NCBI GenBank assembly: GCA_002256025.1
Contig: NKIB01014367.1
Coordinates: forward strand, 1 to 44,131
Source of the DNA: Asterionella formosa
Lineage: Eukaryota
Direction of reading: 5' to 3'
DNA length: 44,131 bases
Part shown: piece by piece, positions 1-11,327 of the stretch
Position numbering within the stretch: the first letter of the stretch is position 1
How the letters are laid out: every line of letters starts with the position of its first letter
Notes under the pieces: model-generated
Databases searched by the model: none
The model's input: the letters and a program-made list of their open reading frames with translations, nothing else
What the model was told of the DNA's origin: nothing
Position numbers and translations under genes: made by a program

Positions 1-1016
1 CTTTTTGATGTCATAACAATTTTTTTAAAATCAGCACAAAGAGAATGAACCTGATTCAAAACGGCTGCAACAGCAATGCCTAGTACACATGTTTCCAACA
101 TGGGGAGACCAGCTCAGAATTATAGAATAATTGCATATATATATATTATCCTTGTCAATAAAATTTTGTCATAGCACCCAAATGTAAACACAGAGGAAAC
201 TAAAGCTAGAACCATCACAGCAACCCTAGTACTAGTAACATCATGACTGCTGGCTGGTAGTAAGCAGCACCCTCTCTCATCATGGAGGATGATGCATATT
301 TACAGCTACACCATTGAATGATTCCGTTTCAGCGCCACTGCAGGAGCTACACAGTATATAACAAACTATGAGCAGATGAAAGAACCACAAGAATTTACAA
401 GAAACTCACGGAAATAGAGACCAAAATGACCAAAATCCACCCAACAGCATCATTAAATTGAGTAAGACTTTTGACAATATCCATGCATCCAAATCAGATC
501 CAAACAGACCGTTTCCATCCCACTGTACCTCTTCAGTAAATTCTGAACAATGGCATTCAAACAAAGGCAAAACAGTTACCTGTGAAGTATACAGGGAGAC
601 GTGAAAAACAAAAAGGATTTCAAGAAGAGGATATTTGATAAATGATACCAAAACTTTATGAGTTTGAAAACTCTCATGCAAGGGAGTGACCCACCGAATT
701 CAACCACCCCACCTTTAATGAGCCATGGAGCGCAATGACGATGAATCTAGAAATAGACCAGGTATAATGTGCAATAAAAATGGTTAAATAATAATATCCT
801 TGTCAAAACTAGTATAAGATTATATTACCATCGTAGATATCATCGACAATATAATTGCAAAATGTTTTCCCTAGACTGAAATGCATCTAGCTAGTTAGTT
901 CGCTTGAAGCAGTAAAGAAAGCAATACATCAAGGGAGGAGCAGCTCTGAGTGCATTCTTCAGTTTGAAAGTGTTGTATAAAGTGTTTAACATTGTTATGA
1001 CTGTGAGGGGTGGGCT

Positions 1017-2006
1017 TCATTTTGGTGAAAACAATCGAAACCATGGAGCTGGATTGTCATGCTCATTTAATGTACTAAATGGGTCATCGTCTGGATAGAC
1101 TTCAACATGATTACTGGTCTCTTCTGTCCCTTTTGTCTGTACTGACTTTTGATCCACTCTTGATGTTTGGTGTTCATGCACCGAAACATCTTGCATCATG
1201 TGTTCCGTAGAAATTACCAACTTGAAAGCATCATTGTCGTCATGAGCAGTGCTGTTATTCTGATTGTTGGTAAAGCGTTTAGATTTCATTAGCTCTTGAT
1301 CAAATTTGATCGATAAGCTTTCCTTTTCTTCGTCGTCTACTTCATCAGCAGAACTAAATTGTGTTTGATATGGATTATTATTCTGTGACGACGCCGAGGT
1401 TGCTGTATCACCCACAGTATCTCTTGATGTTTGGTGACTGTAGCTACACACCCCAACAGTTTGACCCATACTCATGAGTAGAAACTTTTTCTCCATGGCC
1501 TTTGCTTGTAATACTAATTCATTATTTTCTTGAGTTAGCAACTCAATCACATCATCCTTGCTGCGACTTTTCCTTTCTAATTGTTGCATTCGGAAATTGG
1601 TTTGATCCGAATCCGACTTGAGATTTGCCACTTCCAACTTCAATTCTGCAATAAGGCGATGCAAACTATCTTCAGGACTGGGAGTGGTGGGTGGAAGGTG
1701 CCGACGAAGGCGACTGTGATCTACAATGGTTGTATCAATCGTACATTCGGAAATGTCATCAAGAGGATCACTAGAATGAGGAGGCCGTCGAAAGTGTCGA
1801 GAGGTAGTAGTAGTATTAGTTCGTGGAGGAGGTGGAAGTTTGCGAGGGATAGGTCCCTGCAGTGGTTGTTTGGGTCCATGCTTCCATCCACCAAACAAAG
1901 AGAGCCTACTACTAGCCTCCATTAACGCGCGCTCTGTCAATGACGGTGTTTCGAACCAACTAACATCGTCCGATCGATTGTGGGAGGCCTCATGTTGCGA
2001 CGGCAT
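1017..2006 (-). CDS. Hypothetical coiled-coil protein (329 aa)
   Basis: ATG-started uninterrupted ORF; central heptad-rich segment (SLHRLIAELKLEVANLKSDSD...LTQENNELVLQAKAMEKK) with disordered flanks; no recognised catalytic domain. Confidence 0.75.
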   Translation of the reverse strand: MPSQHEASHNRSDDVSWFETPSLTERALMEASSRLSLFGGWKHGPKQPLQGPIPRKLPPPPRTNTTTTSRHFRRPPHSSDPLDDISECTIDTTIVDHSRLRRHLPPTTPSPEDSLHRLIAELKLEVANLKSDSDQTNFRMQQLERKSRSKDDVIELLTQENNELVLQAKAMEKKFLLMSMGQTVGVCSYSHQTSRDTVGDTATSASSQNNNPYQTQFSSADEVDDEEKESLSIKFDQELMKSKRFTNNQNNSTAHDDNDAFKLVISTEHMMQDVSVHEHQTSRVDQKSVQTKGTEETSNHVEVYPDDDPFSTLNEHDNPAPWFRLFSPK

Positions 2007-2120
2007 GCGGCGGTTTTCTGATATATAATCGAACTAGAAACCTTCTTGTTATATGCCTTGTGGTCTCTTTTGTGCTATTCGCTCTAGAAATCAAACGGTT
2101 CTGCCTGGCTGAAGGGCTTT

Positions 2121-2230
2121 AGTACCTGGTACTGGGGGTACCAGGTACCATCAGGTAGACAGAGTACCCTGTGACCTGGTACCTGGTACCTCATACTAAA
2201 AAATCATTGTTTTGTTTAACTACCGGTAGT
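2121..2230. repeat. GGTACC/CCWGG/ACCGGT-rich low-complexity patch upstream of the 1017-2006 gene
   Basis: agtacctggtactgggggtaccaggtacc...gacctggtacctggtacc...taccggta read directly. Confidence 0.6.
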
Positions 2231-3398
2231 CATTAGGCAATAGTGGACAGGGAGCACGTTGGGGGTGACGCATCCTTCTTTATTATTATTTTGTGCATAT
2301 TCTAATGAAATATGTTTCATTCCTGATTAATACAAGTCAAGGGTTTCTGAATACAATAGTCGTTGTACACCGAATGGATGAGCCAATGATGACATTACCG
2401 CTACTTACTGCATGTCGCGGTCATTTTGCTTAAACTAACATTTTAATCTGGGACAAAGATAGCTAAATCCTTTGTTTCAGCAAAATTACCGCATCATGCT
2501 GGTACGACTGCACATTCCAAATATGGGTAGTCTTTTCACCAGGTAACAAGCAACTTGCCGGATATATTCCTGAAACTAAACCTTTAGCTATCTTTATCCT
2601 CAATTAAATTGTTTATTTCAGCCAAATGACCGCAACCTGCAGGTACAAACTGGATGAATGACACGAAGTACGACCGGTGCGACATTTTGTCCACATGGTT
2701 CAGCCAACAAGAAATGCTGCTGCCTCGTTGTTTCCTCAGTCAACGTATCATCTGGTACCAGGTAGATTTGATCTGCTGGCCAGCTGATTGAGAGGGGCTG
2801 CATTGCTTTGTAGTCTTTTTGCTTTGAATGTCCTCGGGTGATAGAAAGTCATTTTCACAGATTCAGAAATGATTACCGGTAGGAAGGATATTCGCTCCAG
2901 ATCATATGTAGGATTGTGTACCAGGGTACCAAACGAAAGGAGTACTGTGTGTGGTCTTTTTTTAAATAATGTCACTTTTTTGACAGTGGAATGACTCTTG
3001 AGAATGACCTATGTCTTCGGAAACCAGAGCCTGCAAGGTTTCCAATCACGTCCAACCGCGGCTGTTTCTGTTTCGTCTTGTTCTTTTTATATTTATAATG
3101 TCTTTTCTTTATTATTGTATATGCATCAATATAGTGCGTGTAGAGCATAAAAAGTGGTCTTGAGATGGGAAAGGCTAATAATTTCTTGACTGATGAGTCA
3201 ATTTAAGAAATGATTAGACAACAACAAAAGGTTCGGGCTGATGGGGTTTGTCTCAAGGGGAATCCCTCGAGTAGTGATGACAGTTATAGTTTAGGTTTAA
3301 CTAAGTCTTTCTAAATGTTTATAAATGTCAATCGTTGTTCGTATATATGTAACTATTTGCTCGCCAGCCACCAAATGAATAATAACAAGCCTCATCAT

Positions 3399-6300
3399 TC
3401 ATAAGCTAGTGATCTTGGATTCTTTCTTCTTTGACTTCTTCTTTGCAGATTTAGCTGGCTTAGACAATTGCTGATTTTCAAAATGCTCGGAAAATTCCAT
3501 AGATTTGCCAGTACCGTGTGAACTTAATCCTCCTTCCAATGCACCAGGGCGAAGGTCTGTCATCAAAACGGGCTTGTCCTTTTGTGGAAGCATTTCCTCT
3601 TGTCGGTCGTTCACGGGTAAAATGGCAGGCCCAGATCGCCTTGTCATTGTCCATTCCGGAGATTGGTCGTCAGTATCAGAAAATCCGGCATGGTGATGAA
3701 TCCCCACCTCGTTGGTCACACAACAGATAGCAGGCTTCAATTCATTAGCTATTTTCGCCACTGCATCTGGTTTCATTTTCTTGGGAAGCTTTTCCTTGCT
3801 TGACTTTCCCTCTTTTGACGTCTTCTTTTTCTTTGCTTTCTTCACTGCCTTGGCTTCCATTGTATCACTAGACACCTTATTTACCGAAGGCTCTACATGT
3901 CGCCCGTTTTCAATGGCAGTAACTTTCTTGGCCCGGGGATTTGAAAGTGGCGGAGACCAGCTTAAAGAGTCTGAAAGGCAATCGGAGATACTTTCGACAG
4001 GAGTCCATTTTATAGGAGATTCATGGCCAGTGGGCTTAACTGTATTTACCTCATCCTGCGCTCCTGATATTTCTGTCGTGGGTTTTGCAGAGGTTGTTGT
4101 TTCAAGCGAAGAATCGTTCAAGGGATTAGCGTGTATGCACTTGTCGTGGGAGTCCGAAAAAGGAGGTATTGGAGGAATTGAAACGTGCGAAGAATCGGGA
4201 TTTCTCTCACTAATAATGTCGTTAAGTTGATGGCGAAGCGTTTCCATCTGAACTCGAAGAACGTGTCCCTTCAAATCAGCTGAAACTTGACCAGCAGCAC
4301 TACTTGACACTATCAAGTCGGAATTTGAATTCATTTCCATTTGTGATGGTGTTTTTCTTACGACGGTATCGTATGAGAAGCTAGAGTCTGCCAACCCTTG
4401 CTGTGAAAGAAGTGACGAAACAACCTTGTCGCTAAGCTCAGTTGCAATTGCAATTGATTCCTTCTTCTTCTGTGCTGGAGTCTTTGGAATCTGGAAAGTC
4501 GTCCCGTCACCAGAAGCACTTGCACGTCTCGCCCTTGCTCCCTTATCGACATCCCAAGCGTTAGGTGCAGGTCGATGCTCCGATCGATTAGACGACGAAC
4601 TTCGAACTGAGCCTCGAGTCTGCGAGCTCCTTATACTCCTCGTATCCGTCGCTACACTTTTACCGTCATAATCGTCATAAGAATTTTGAGGGGGACGAGA
4701 GGATGAGTTCGTTATGACACTTCTAGTATCGTCATCATCATGTCGTGATATGTTGAGGCTACTAGAGTGTCTTGATCCAGAACTTAAGTGCGAACCTTTT
4801 GTCAAAATGGATCCCGATGAAACAACAGTCTTAGCATCTTGGTCTGCATTCTGATGTACTCGGGGTGCACTTGCGCTGCGGTACTTCCCAGCTCTTGATG
4901 AAATGTGGCTCACATCCGAACCCCTTGTGATGGCCATCTCAGACGACATCATGCTAATTGTTTTGGCGTATCCTTGTGTTCGTTGTTCCTTTCCAAAATT
5001 AAATGACTGCATAACCTGAGTGGATAAAGCTAAAGCTAGCATACTTCCATTATTGCCCCCTTGAATTGTATGTCCTGACCTAGAAGGATGGGATGCCTCC
5101 GAAGTAGTAAATGACACAAAACTTTTGGATTCGCCGTTTTCTGTGAAATAAACGTTTCTTGAACCAGAAGCAAAAGAGTGAGGGGATTGGTTTACAGCAT
5201 GCGATTTCGACGTGTTGGTAGCATGAGCTGACCTGGTAAATGCTGATGGTGATGATAATACACTTTTGGTCTCGCTGTCGTCTTGCAATAGCCGCATGGC
5301 ATTTGAATTCGGAATGTCAATCGATCGATTGTCGCGCGAGAAATCCATAGAAATATTGGGATTCTTCGTACGTAGGTATGAGGCCTGAGAAGCTGAAGCC
5401 GTCGGCCTAGCGCTTCGACGTTCATTGTACTGATCTGCACTGCCAACTGAACTGGCACGTTGCTGTCGGGTACGAGTGTGAGGACCAGAAAAATTATCAA
5501 GACTGTGAGTATGGCTCAGTTGGGGAATGGCAAATAGTTGTTGGCTTCCTTGAGTGTACTGAAAATTAGAATCTTTTGGAGCAGCAGATTGCTGAGAGCT
5601 CTCATACATACTATAATTTACTGGATGAGTTTCATTCAAGTGTTGAGCAACATTTGTTGACCTTTCTGACCCTTTAGTAGCTTGTCTTGGATATGGTGGT
5701 TGTTGTATATCGTCAAATTGAGGCTGTTGATGGCGTCGCTGAGACACATTATGATTATGACCCTGCAGCTGATCGATTGGGTTGTTTGCCTTATTAGATC
5801 CATGATCATGTTCGTCCTGTAACCCCGTGGTAAATTGAGTTATTTCAGACACTGCCGTACCCAAATGATTGCTTTGGTGATTCGAAATCAACGCAGTGCT
5901 TGCCATAGTATTCAAAGAAAGATCGGGATTTCGTCGCGCCAACTGCTGTTGCCGTTGCCGTTGCCGTTGATCTTTCATCATTGACTGATATACAATAGGT
6001 TGAATTGGCGCAGCTTCTGATTTCTTCAAAATGCCCTTTGGTTTCACCACGACTGAGTTCCTACCTGAAGTTTCGTCCATGGAGAATGCTCGTTGATGTT
6101 GATGATTTGAGTTTGAACGACTTTCTATTTTGTTTTGCGGATGATGGTATGATCCACGTGGAAAATTTTCGGTCGTTGCAAAGGTTGTGTTTACCGAATC
6201 CATTGAATTACCAGTGTCTTGCTTACTTATTTCGGTCGTTGCCAAGGTTGTATTTAACGAATCCATTGAATTACCAGTGTCTTGGTTACTTAGGTATTGT

Positions 6301-7760
6301 GAAAGGTGGGGTGGTTGCATGTTGCTGGATGAATTGTTATCACTTTTATTCTTTGTAGTATTTGCCAAAGAGCACAACTGTAATGATTGTTGTGAATTAG
6401 GCATCCAATTTTGAGCTTGTTGATAGTAAGGGTGGGGATTGTTGTTGTTGTTGTTGTTGTTGTTGGATTTGGAGTACATTAAATATTGTTCCCTAGTATG
6501 ATCGTTCCTACTTGTTCGTGGTCTTTGTCCTGTAGTTTCATATCCTCCTCCACTAATAATAGGCGCAGATGATATAGACGAGTCACCATTCCCATTTCCT
6601 CTTGACTGTTTCTGAAGTCCCAACAACATTTGAGTAGTACCACCAAGTGGCGATGATGATACAGACAAAGCCCCAACAGCACTATTGCGATGAAATGGTT
6701 GAGTCTGTCTTGGTTGACTTTGAGATCGTTGTTGTTGCTGTTCTGCTGTTTGTCCTTGTTTAATAACTCGTTGAGTTGTTGTCGTTGAGTGTTGGGTTTG
6801 CATTCCTTGGGTTGACCACAGTTGACTTTGCGGTCTATTTGCTCTATATGGTTGTTGTGTTTGCTGTTGTGGATGATTCTGATATCCTTGACCATTATTT
6901 AGACTGTTGACTTGATGATAAAATGAATCATAATATCCCAACGGCGGCGGAGGCGGCTGATGTTGTTGTTGTGGTATATAATATCCTTGACTTGCTGTTG
7001 CTGCTTGTTGCCATGATGTTGTTGGTGACGAATGATCATTATTCAATACTAGGAATGATGATGAATGATTGTGTCCTTGTTGAGGAGGTATTGATGGACG
7101 TTGATGTTGATATTGATTATTAGGATCATTATTCATTGCAGGGTAATGATGTTGGAATGATTCTCCTTGTTGCCATTTGGATGATGAATGATTATTCCAA
7201 AACATATCATTTCCTGGTGTTGGATGACTACTAGTAGTACTATTCATTTCTTGTTGTCGATGTTGTGTACCATACTGCACAGTAGCTGCAGTAGAAGTTG
7301 TATTTGGGTGTGATGACATGTCATTATCAAAGGATGGTTGGTGTTGTCGTAATTTTGGTCTGGTAGGAATTCCTCCTTTATTAGGACTTGTTTGTAGATG
7401 ATGATTGCTGTGACGATGATAATTATCATAACTATTCGATGCTGAATAGCTCATCATATTTGGCAGTCTTTGATTAGGAGCACTAGCAGTGGTAGGATTC
7501 CTATCAAATTCATTCTGATTCCTTGGTCGTTGTCTCATTATTTGGGTGGTTGCAGTTTGTTGTTGTTGTTTCTGTTGTTGAGTGGTATTCCTTTTCGTTC
7601 GTCTATTGGTAATAGTATTACCTAAGGATGATGATGTAGTATTATTAGTAGTAATCGTAACAGCATCGTGCTGATCGCTGTTACTTGTCTTGGAACGTCG
7701 AAAGAGCTGTTGGAACAACCCATGCTTGTTGGAGTTTCCACCCTCCTCACTTATTGTCAT
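3399..7760 (-). CDS. Large intrinsically disordered Q/N/S/H-rich hypothetical protein (~1453 aa) with Lys-rich C-terminus
   Basis: 4.4-kb stop-free frame. The track start at 7784 is TTG; first ATG is 7760 (MTISEEGG). Poly-Q and poly-N tracts N-terminally, S/R-rich middle, KKAKKKK and KKKSKKKE clusters. Confidence 0.85.
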   Translation of the reverse strand: MTISEEGGNSNKHGLFQQLFRRSKTSNSDQHDAVTITTNNTTSSSLGNTITNRRTKRNTTQQQKQQQQTATTQIMRQRPRNQNEFDRNPTTASAPNQRLPNMMSYSASNSYDNYHRHSNHHLQTSPNKGGIPTRPKLRQHQPSFDNDMSSHPNTTSTAATVQYGTQHRQQEMNSTTSSHPTPGNDMFWNNHSSSKWQQGESFQHHYPAMNNDPNNQYQHQRPSIPPQQGHNHSSSFLVLNNDHSSPTTSWQQAATASQGYYIPQQQHQPPPPPLGYYDSFYHQVNSLNNGQGYQNHPQQQTQQPYRANRPQSQLWSTQGMQTQHSTTTTQRVIKQGQTAEQQQQRSQSQPRQTQPFHRNSAVGALSVSSSPLGGTTQMLLGLQKQSRGNGNGDSSISSAPIISGGGYETTGQRPRTSRNDHTREQYLMYSKSNNNNNNNNNPHPYYQQAQNWMPNSQQSLQLCSLANTTKNKSDNNSSSNMQPPHLSQYLSNQDTGNSMDSLNTTLATTEISKQDTGNSMDSVNTTFATTENFPRGSYHHPQNKIESRSNSNHQHQRAFSMDETSGRNSVVVKPKGILKKSEAAPIQPIVYQSMMKDQRQRQRQQQLARRNPDLSLNTMASTALISNHQSNHLGTAVSEITQFTTGLQDEHDHGSNKANNPIDQLQGHNHNVSQRRHQQPQFDDIQQPPYPRQATKGSERSTNVAQHLNETHPVNYSMYESSQQSAAPKDSNFQYTQGSQQLFAIPQLSHTHSLDNFSGPHTRTRQQRASSVGSADQYNERRSARPTASASQASYLRTKNPNISMDFSRDNRSIDIPNSNAMRLLQDDSETKSVLSSPSAFTRSAHATNTSKSHAVNQSPHSFASGSRNVYFTENGESKSFVSFTTSEASHPSRSGHTIQGGNNGSMLALALSTQVMQSFNFGKEQRTQGYAKTISMMSSEMAITRGSDVSHISSRAGKYRSASAPRVHQNADQDAKTVVSSGSILTKGSHLSSGSRHSSSLNISRHDDDDTRSVITNSSSRPPQNSYDDYDGKSVATDTRSIRSSQTRGSVRSSSSNRSEHRPAPNAWDVDKGARARRASASGDGTTFQIPKTPAQKKKESIAIATELSDKVVSSLLSQQGLADSSFSYDTVVRKTPSQMEMNSNSDLIVSSSAAGQVSADLKGHVLRVQMETLRHQLNDIISERNPDSSHVSIPPIPPFSDSHDKCIHANPLNDSSLETTTSAKPTTEISGAQDEVNTVKPTGHESPIKWTPVESISDCLSDSLSWSPPLSNPRAKKVTAIENGRHVEPSVNKVSSDTMEAKAVKKAKKKKTSKEGKSSKEKLPKKMKPDAVAKIANELKPAICCVTNEVGIHHHAGFSDTDDQSPEWTMTRRSGPAILPVNDRQEEMLPQKDKPVLMTDLRPGALEGGLSSHGTGKSMEFSEHFENQQLSKPAKSAKKKSKKKESKITSL
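6168..6290. repeat. 63-bp (21-codon) in-frame tandem duplication inside the 3399-7760 CDS
   Basis: QDTGNSMDSLNTTLATTEISK / QDTGNSMDSVNTTFATTENF; ttcggtcgttgc at 6168 and 6231. Confidence 0.9.
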
Positions 7761-7827
7761 GATTTGTTCGGCTTTGTTTATCAAAAATTATATAAAGTAT
7801 TTAAATGTATACAATGGAATGAATTGG

Positions 7828-7945
7828 AATCAAAATCAAAATCAAAATCAAATCAAATGGTATTTATTGTGTTAACATTGTCCTTTGTTGGATCGTCTGT
7901 TGTTTGTTGTCCGCTGCTGTCGCTTGTTTGTTGTCCGCTGCTGCC
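7828..7945. repeat. (AATCAA)n microsatellite plus a 24-bp tandem duplication (tgtttgttgtccgctgctg x2) upstream of the CDS
   Basis: Read directly at 7828-7857 and ~7900-7945. Confidence 0.8.
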
Positions 7946-8708
7946 TGATGATCATATTTATATCTATACCGGAGGAAACGAAATAAAGGTACAAAAACGG
8001 GAATACACATAAGCCATGGTAAAAATAAAAGTAAAGTTATTGTTGTGATGCATCATCACCCATCCTAAAATTTCATGTATTTTTATCATAAAAAAATCCG
8101 GTATGCCATGTAATTTTGATGGTGATGATTGTCATGATCTACACCACTTCTTCAATAGTAATTCAATTGGTGATGATTTAAATATGGAATTCTTAGAATT
8201 GTTGATCTTACTAACAAGCACCAATTGGAAGTTTCATATTCCATGAATGCATGCACATCAATTTAATTCATTTAGTACAACTAATATGAATGTATACTTT
8301 ATGAATACTTGAGAATCAAAATATTCATTAGACTAGCAAGTTATGGAAATTTTGCTTCTTCATGTTATTCAATCCGAAATCAAAGTTTGAAACTTCAAAA
8401 TAGTTGGTGACCAACAACCGAAATAATCACTACTTGACAAATTCGATTTTTTCAGATAATTCTGGGAAAAAGATTTCAATGAATTGTCATTTTGGGATAA
8501 AAGGCTTAGGAACTTTTTTAGTTCAAGAAAATGGACCCTACTTTAAAGAAAACAACATTAAGCATATATACAATTAGCAAATCTAGCTACTTTAAGCAAT
8601 ATTCTACTTAGTAGACAAACATAGTCCTTAATTCATTTGCATATATCCAGTAAATGCCAATGTCGCTACATGAGGAAAGTAATCTACCAGTAACTATCTA
8701 CCAGTATA

Positions 8709-8931
8709 AAAAGGTTAATAATTATTAAGTTAATTTATAGTATGCTATTGTTAAAGAACTCGACAATTGTGGAGGTTGTGAAGGTGCACTTGGTCCCCCA
8801 GAGGGCCTTAGACCTATGTGTTGTCTGCCTCACCACCTAGAACCCAAGGGACTACATAAACATCAAAGCAGGTGGAGAATGCGGGAATCGAAACCGCAAC
8901 CTTCGAAGGTGAGCTAACCAGCCAGCAACAG
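8709..8931 (-). mobile_element. Putative tRNA-Ala-derived SINE (tRNA-like head, unique body, AT-rich tail)
   Basis: Minus strand reads GGCTGGTTAGCTCACCTTCGAAGGTTGCGGTTTCGATTCCCGCATTCTCCA (8923-8873): an A-box-like TAGCTCA plus a T-arm/3' end resembling eukaryotic tRNA-Ala (CCCGCATTCTCCA), with no anticodon arm. Flanked by the direct repeat tctaccagtata at 8697-8708 and 8932-8943. Confidence 0.6.
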
Positions 8932-9186
8932 TCTACCAGTATATATGTCGACTTATACCCGCTCACTAACTATATAGCTAGCATGCATATCATACCAGTG
9001 GCTGGTATTTGATAAACTATTGGCAAGGTTTGTTCACTCCTGTCAACACATGACTGAGAATACCGGTTTCATATGTACAATATATGTATGAAGGGGCTAC
9101 CGCAAATTAGTATATTAGTTTTGACATTCTTCACATTTGTCGGCTTCCACAACTATACAAATTGCCAATTCGCAATTAATTAATTC

Positions 9187-9720
9187 TCAGTTGATAAATA
9201 CCGTATTACAAATCTTTCCCTTCGATTGTTCCTGTTGCTGTTGTTTTCTTAATTGCTTGCAGTCTTTTTTTGCATTATTCTCCATTGAGACAACATGATG
9301 AAGGATTCTCCAGCTGCTCATTACCAGTAACAGTACCAGTACACCAGCCATGAAACATTAGTCTTCAGTAAGAGTTGCTGACTCCATATCTGAGCCATTC
9401 TCAGATGGTGATGAAGTGGGCATTGTGGTTGTTGTGTGCAATGGAGTAGCACTAGGTCACTTTGTTTTGTTGGCTTTTTTTGGTGCTGGCGTCTTGAACT
9501 TGGTTGGTGCTGGAGTCTTGGACTTCTTGATCTTGGTCAGCACTTGGGTCTTGATGACTTTTACCACACCACCACCACCACCACCACCACCACCACCAAT
9601 CCTTCCTCTTTCCTTCACTAACTGACGACTTGAAGAGGATTTTAGCTTTAAGAAGTAGGCAAGTAAGGAGCCATTTATGACAACAGGCATGATGAGAATG
9701 ATGGTTATCAAATGCTTCAT
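9187..9720 (-). pseudogene. Pseudogene of a secreted/single-pass membrane Lys/Pro/Thr-rich (silaffin-like) protein
   Basis: One frame of 178 codons: hydrophobic N-terminus MKHLITIILIMPVVINGSLLA, SSSSRQL, poly-G, KIKKSKTPAPTKFKTPAPKKANKTK, TGA (9457-9459), PSATPLHTTTTMPTSSPSE, TAA (9358-9360), hydrophobic CFMAGVLVLLLVMSSW, polar tail, terminal TGA at 9187-9189. Confidence 0.6.
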
Positions 9721-10748
9721 GTTGACTTTAGGATAAAAACCATTCAACAATGTCTTTATTTTTGCTTTCTATTTTTGTTGTGAGAGCGACTGAAGTGAGG
9801 GAAAATTCCTTACACTTTATGACTTGTCACATTCGTGCAGAGATTGAGATGGTTAGTCATTCTAAAGAATTGCCTTCATAGAAATCAACGATATTCCTAT
9901 GGCTAGCTACCTGTGAAGTGGGACTGGGCGCGCTCTGATAAAATAAATTATTGCACAGATTGTTTCTTGACTACCGGTAATTAAATTTGCGAAATAAATT
10001 TGTGCTGCTTGTGTTGACCAATTGATGTTCTGTTGTGGTTGGGTTAATTTAGATTTAATTGTCTTGTTTGTATTTGTCTCCAAACCTCCCCAGGTAAGCA
10101 CCACACCATTGTCTCCAGTTTCATATGCTAAAGTGCCCATGATTGTTAACTGACTATCATAAGAATGCTCACTCACACCTTCATTGTTGTCCTCCTCCTC
10201 CTCCTCCTCAACACCTTCATATGAATTATGAATCTAATTATGCACAACGCAGGACTACCAGGTAGTTCGCTTATAGCTAGTTTTAAAAGTATTCCAGCCA
10301 TATTTGTTCTAAGTAGGGTAGTAAGTCAGCCCTACTCTGTGTATCAACTCAAGGTAGACTGTAGTATATTATTAAGTATACTAGTGATGACCAGTTCAAT
10401 AGTTTACCTAGTCAACTCTTGCGTAATTAGACTTAGTCAACAAGCTACCAAATGCGGAGTATAGGTGACATCTGATAATAGACCAGATGATGAGTCGAAC
10501 CTAGAAACTGCTGGAAGAAGGCTAGAATACATAGACTACCACTGCTTGTTGTCAAAAGTCGTATTTCTAGAGAAAAGTTACCAGGTACCTCCTACCTGGC
10601 ATGGATATGTATGAGGATCAATGTTGCTTGGTAAAACTATATTGAAATAACCATCATATAGAAACTAGGAAATATGTAGTAGTATACAAGTCTTGAAAAA
10701 TGATGCAAATGGAAAGTCCATTGATATTTTGTGCATAGTAGCACATCA

Positions 10749-11293
10749 TTATGCAACTTTGGCCACTTCTTCCCGAAGGGACATGTGCAATCGTTCTTTT
10801 TGGGTTCGTAGCAACGACCTAAATGTACATAGTTGTGACTGCAGAAACTCATGTTTGTGTCCATTATCTTTCACGTCAAGATCGTCGTTATTGCACGTTG
10901 TCACAACATGAGACGAAATGGTTTCTGTTGTGATGCCTTGTTGGTCTACAAGATGATCACCCTTAGTGACTGAAGACTCACGTTCCATCCGTTTGACAGA
11001 CGATTCCTTTTTTGCGTACTTTGACTTTTGTTTTTCTTTTTTTTGCTTCTTTTCCTTTGATTTGTGTTTTTTAGTGGAATGATTAGTATTCGTAGTATCC
11101 ATTGTTAAACTCGCATGTTCATGAATAACAGCAACATGATCTTCATCATCCAAACACGATATTATATCTCCTTGATCCCTCCTCGATCCGACCGATGATG
11201 CTGTAATGTACAAAGGTCGTCCTTCTTTGCCACTAGTATTACTTGGAGAATACAAGGTCCTTGCATCCAGTTTCTTGTTGTTATTGCTGTTTC

Positions 11294-11327
<34 letters not shown>

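Noticed and set aside
280..720. Coding-like fragments at the window start
   Set aside because: Interrupted by stops and with no family motif; unassignable.
2618..2975. Two short overlapping minus-strand ORFs
   Set aside because: Short, with no motif or homology within the window.
8871..8923. Functional tRNA-Ala gene
   Set aside because: The anticodon arm is absent and the 5' acceptor strand (GGCTGGT) does not pair with ATTCTCC; treated as a SINE head or pseudogene.
9907..10176. 89-aa minus-strand ORF preceded by a poly-E tract
   Set aside because: GTG start, no recognisable motifs; may be decayed sequence but cannot be supported as a gene.
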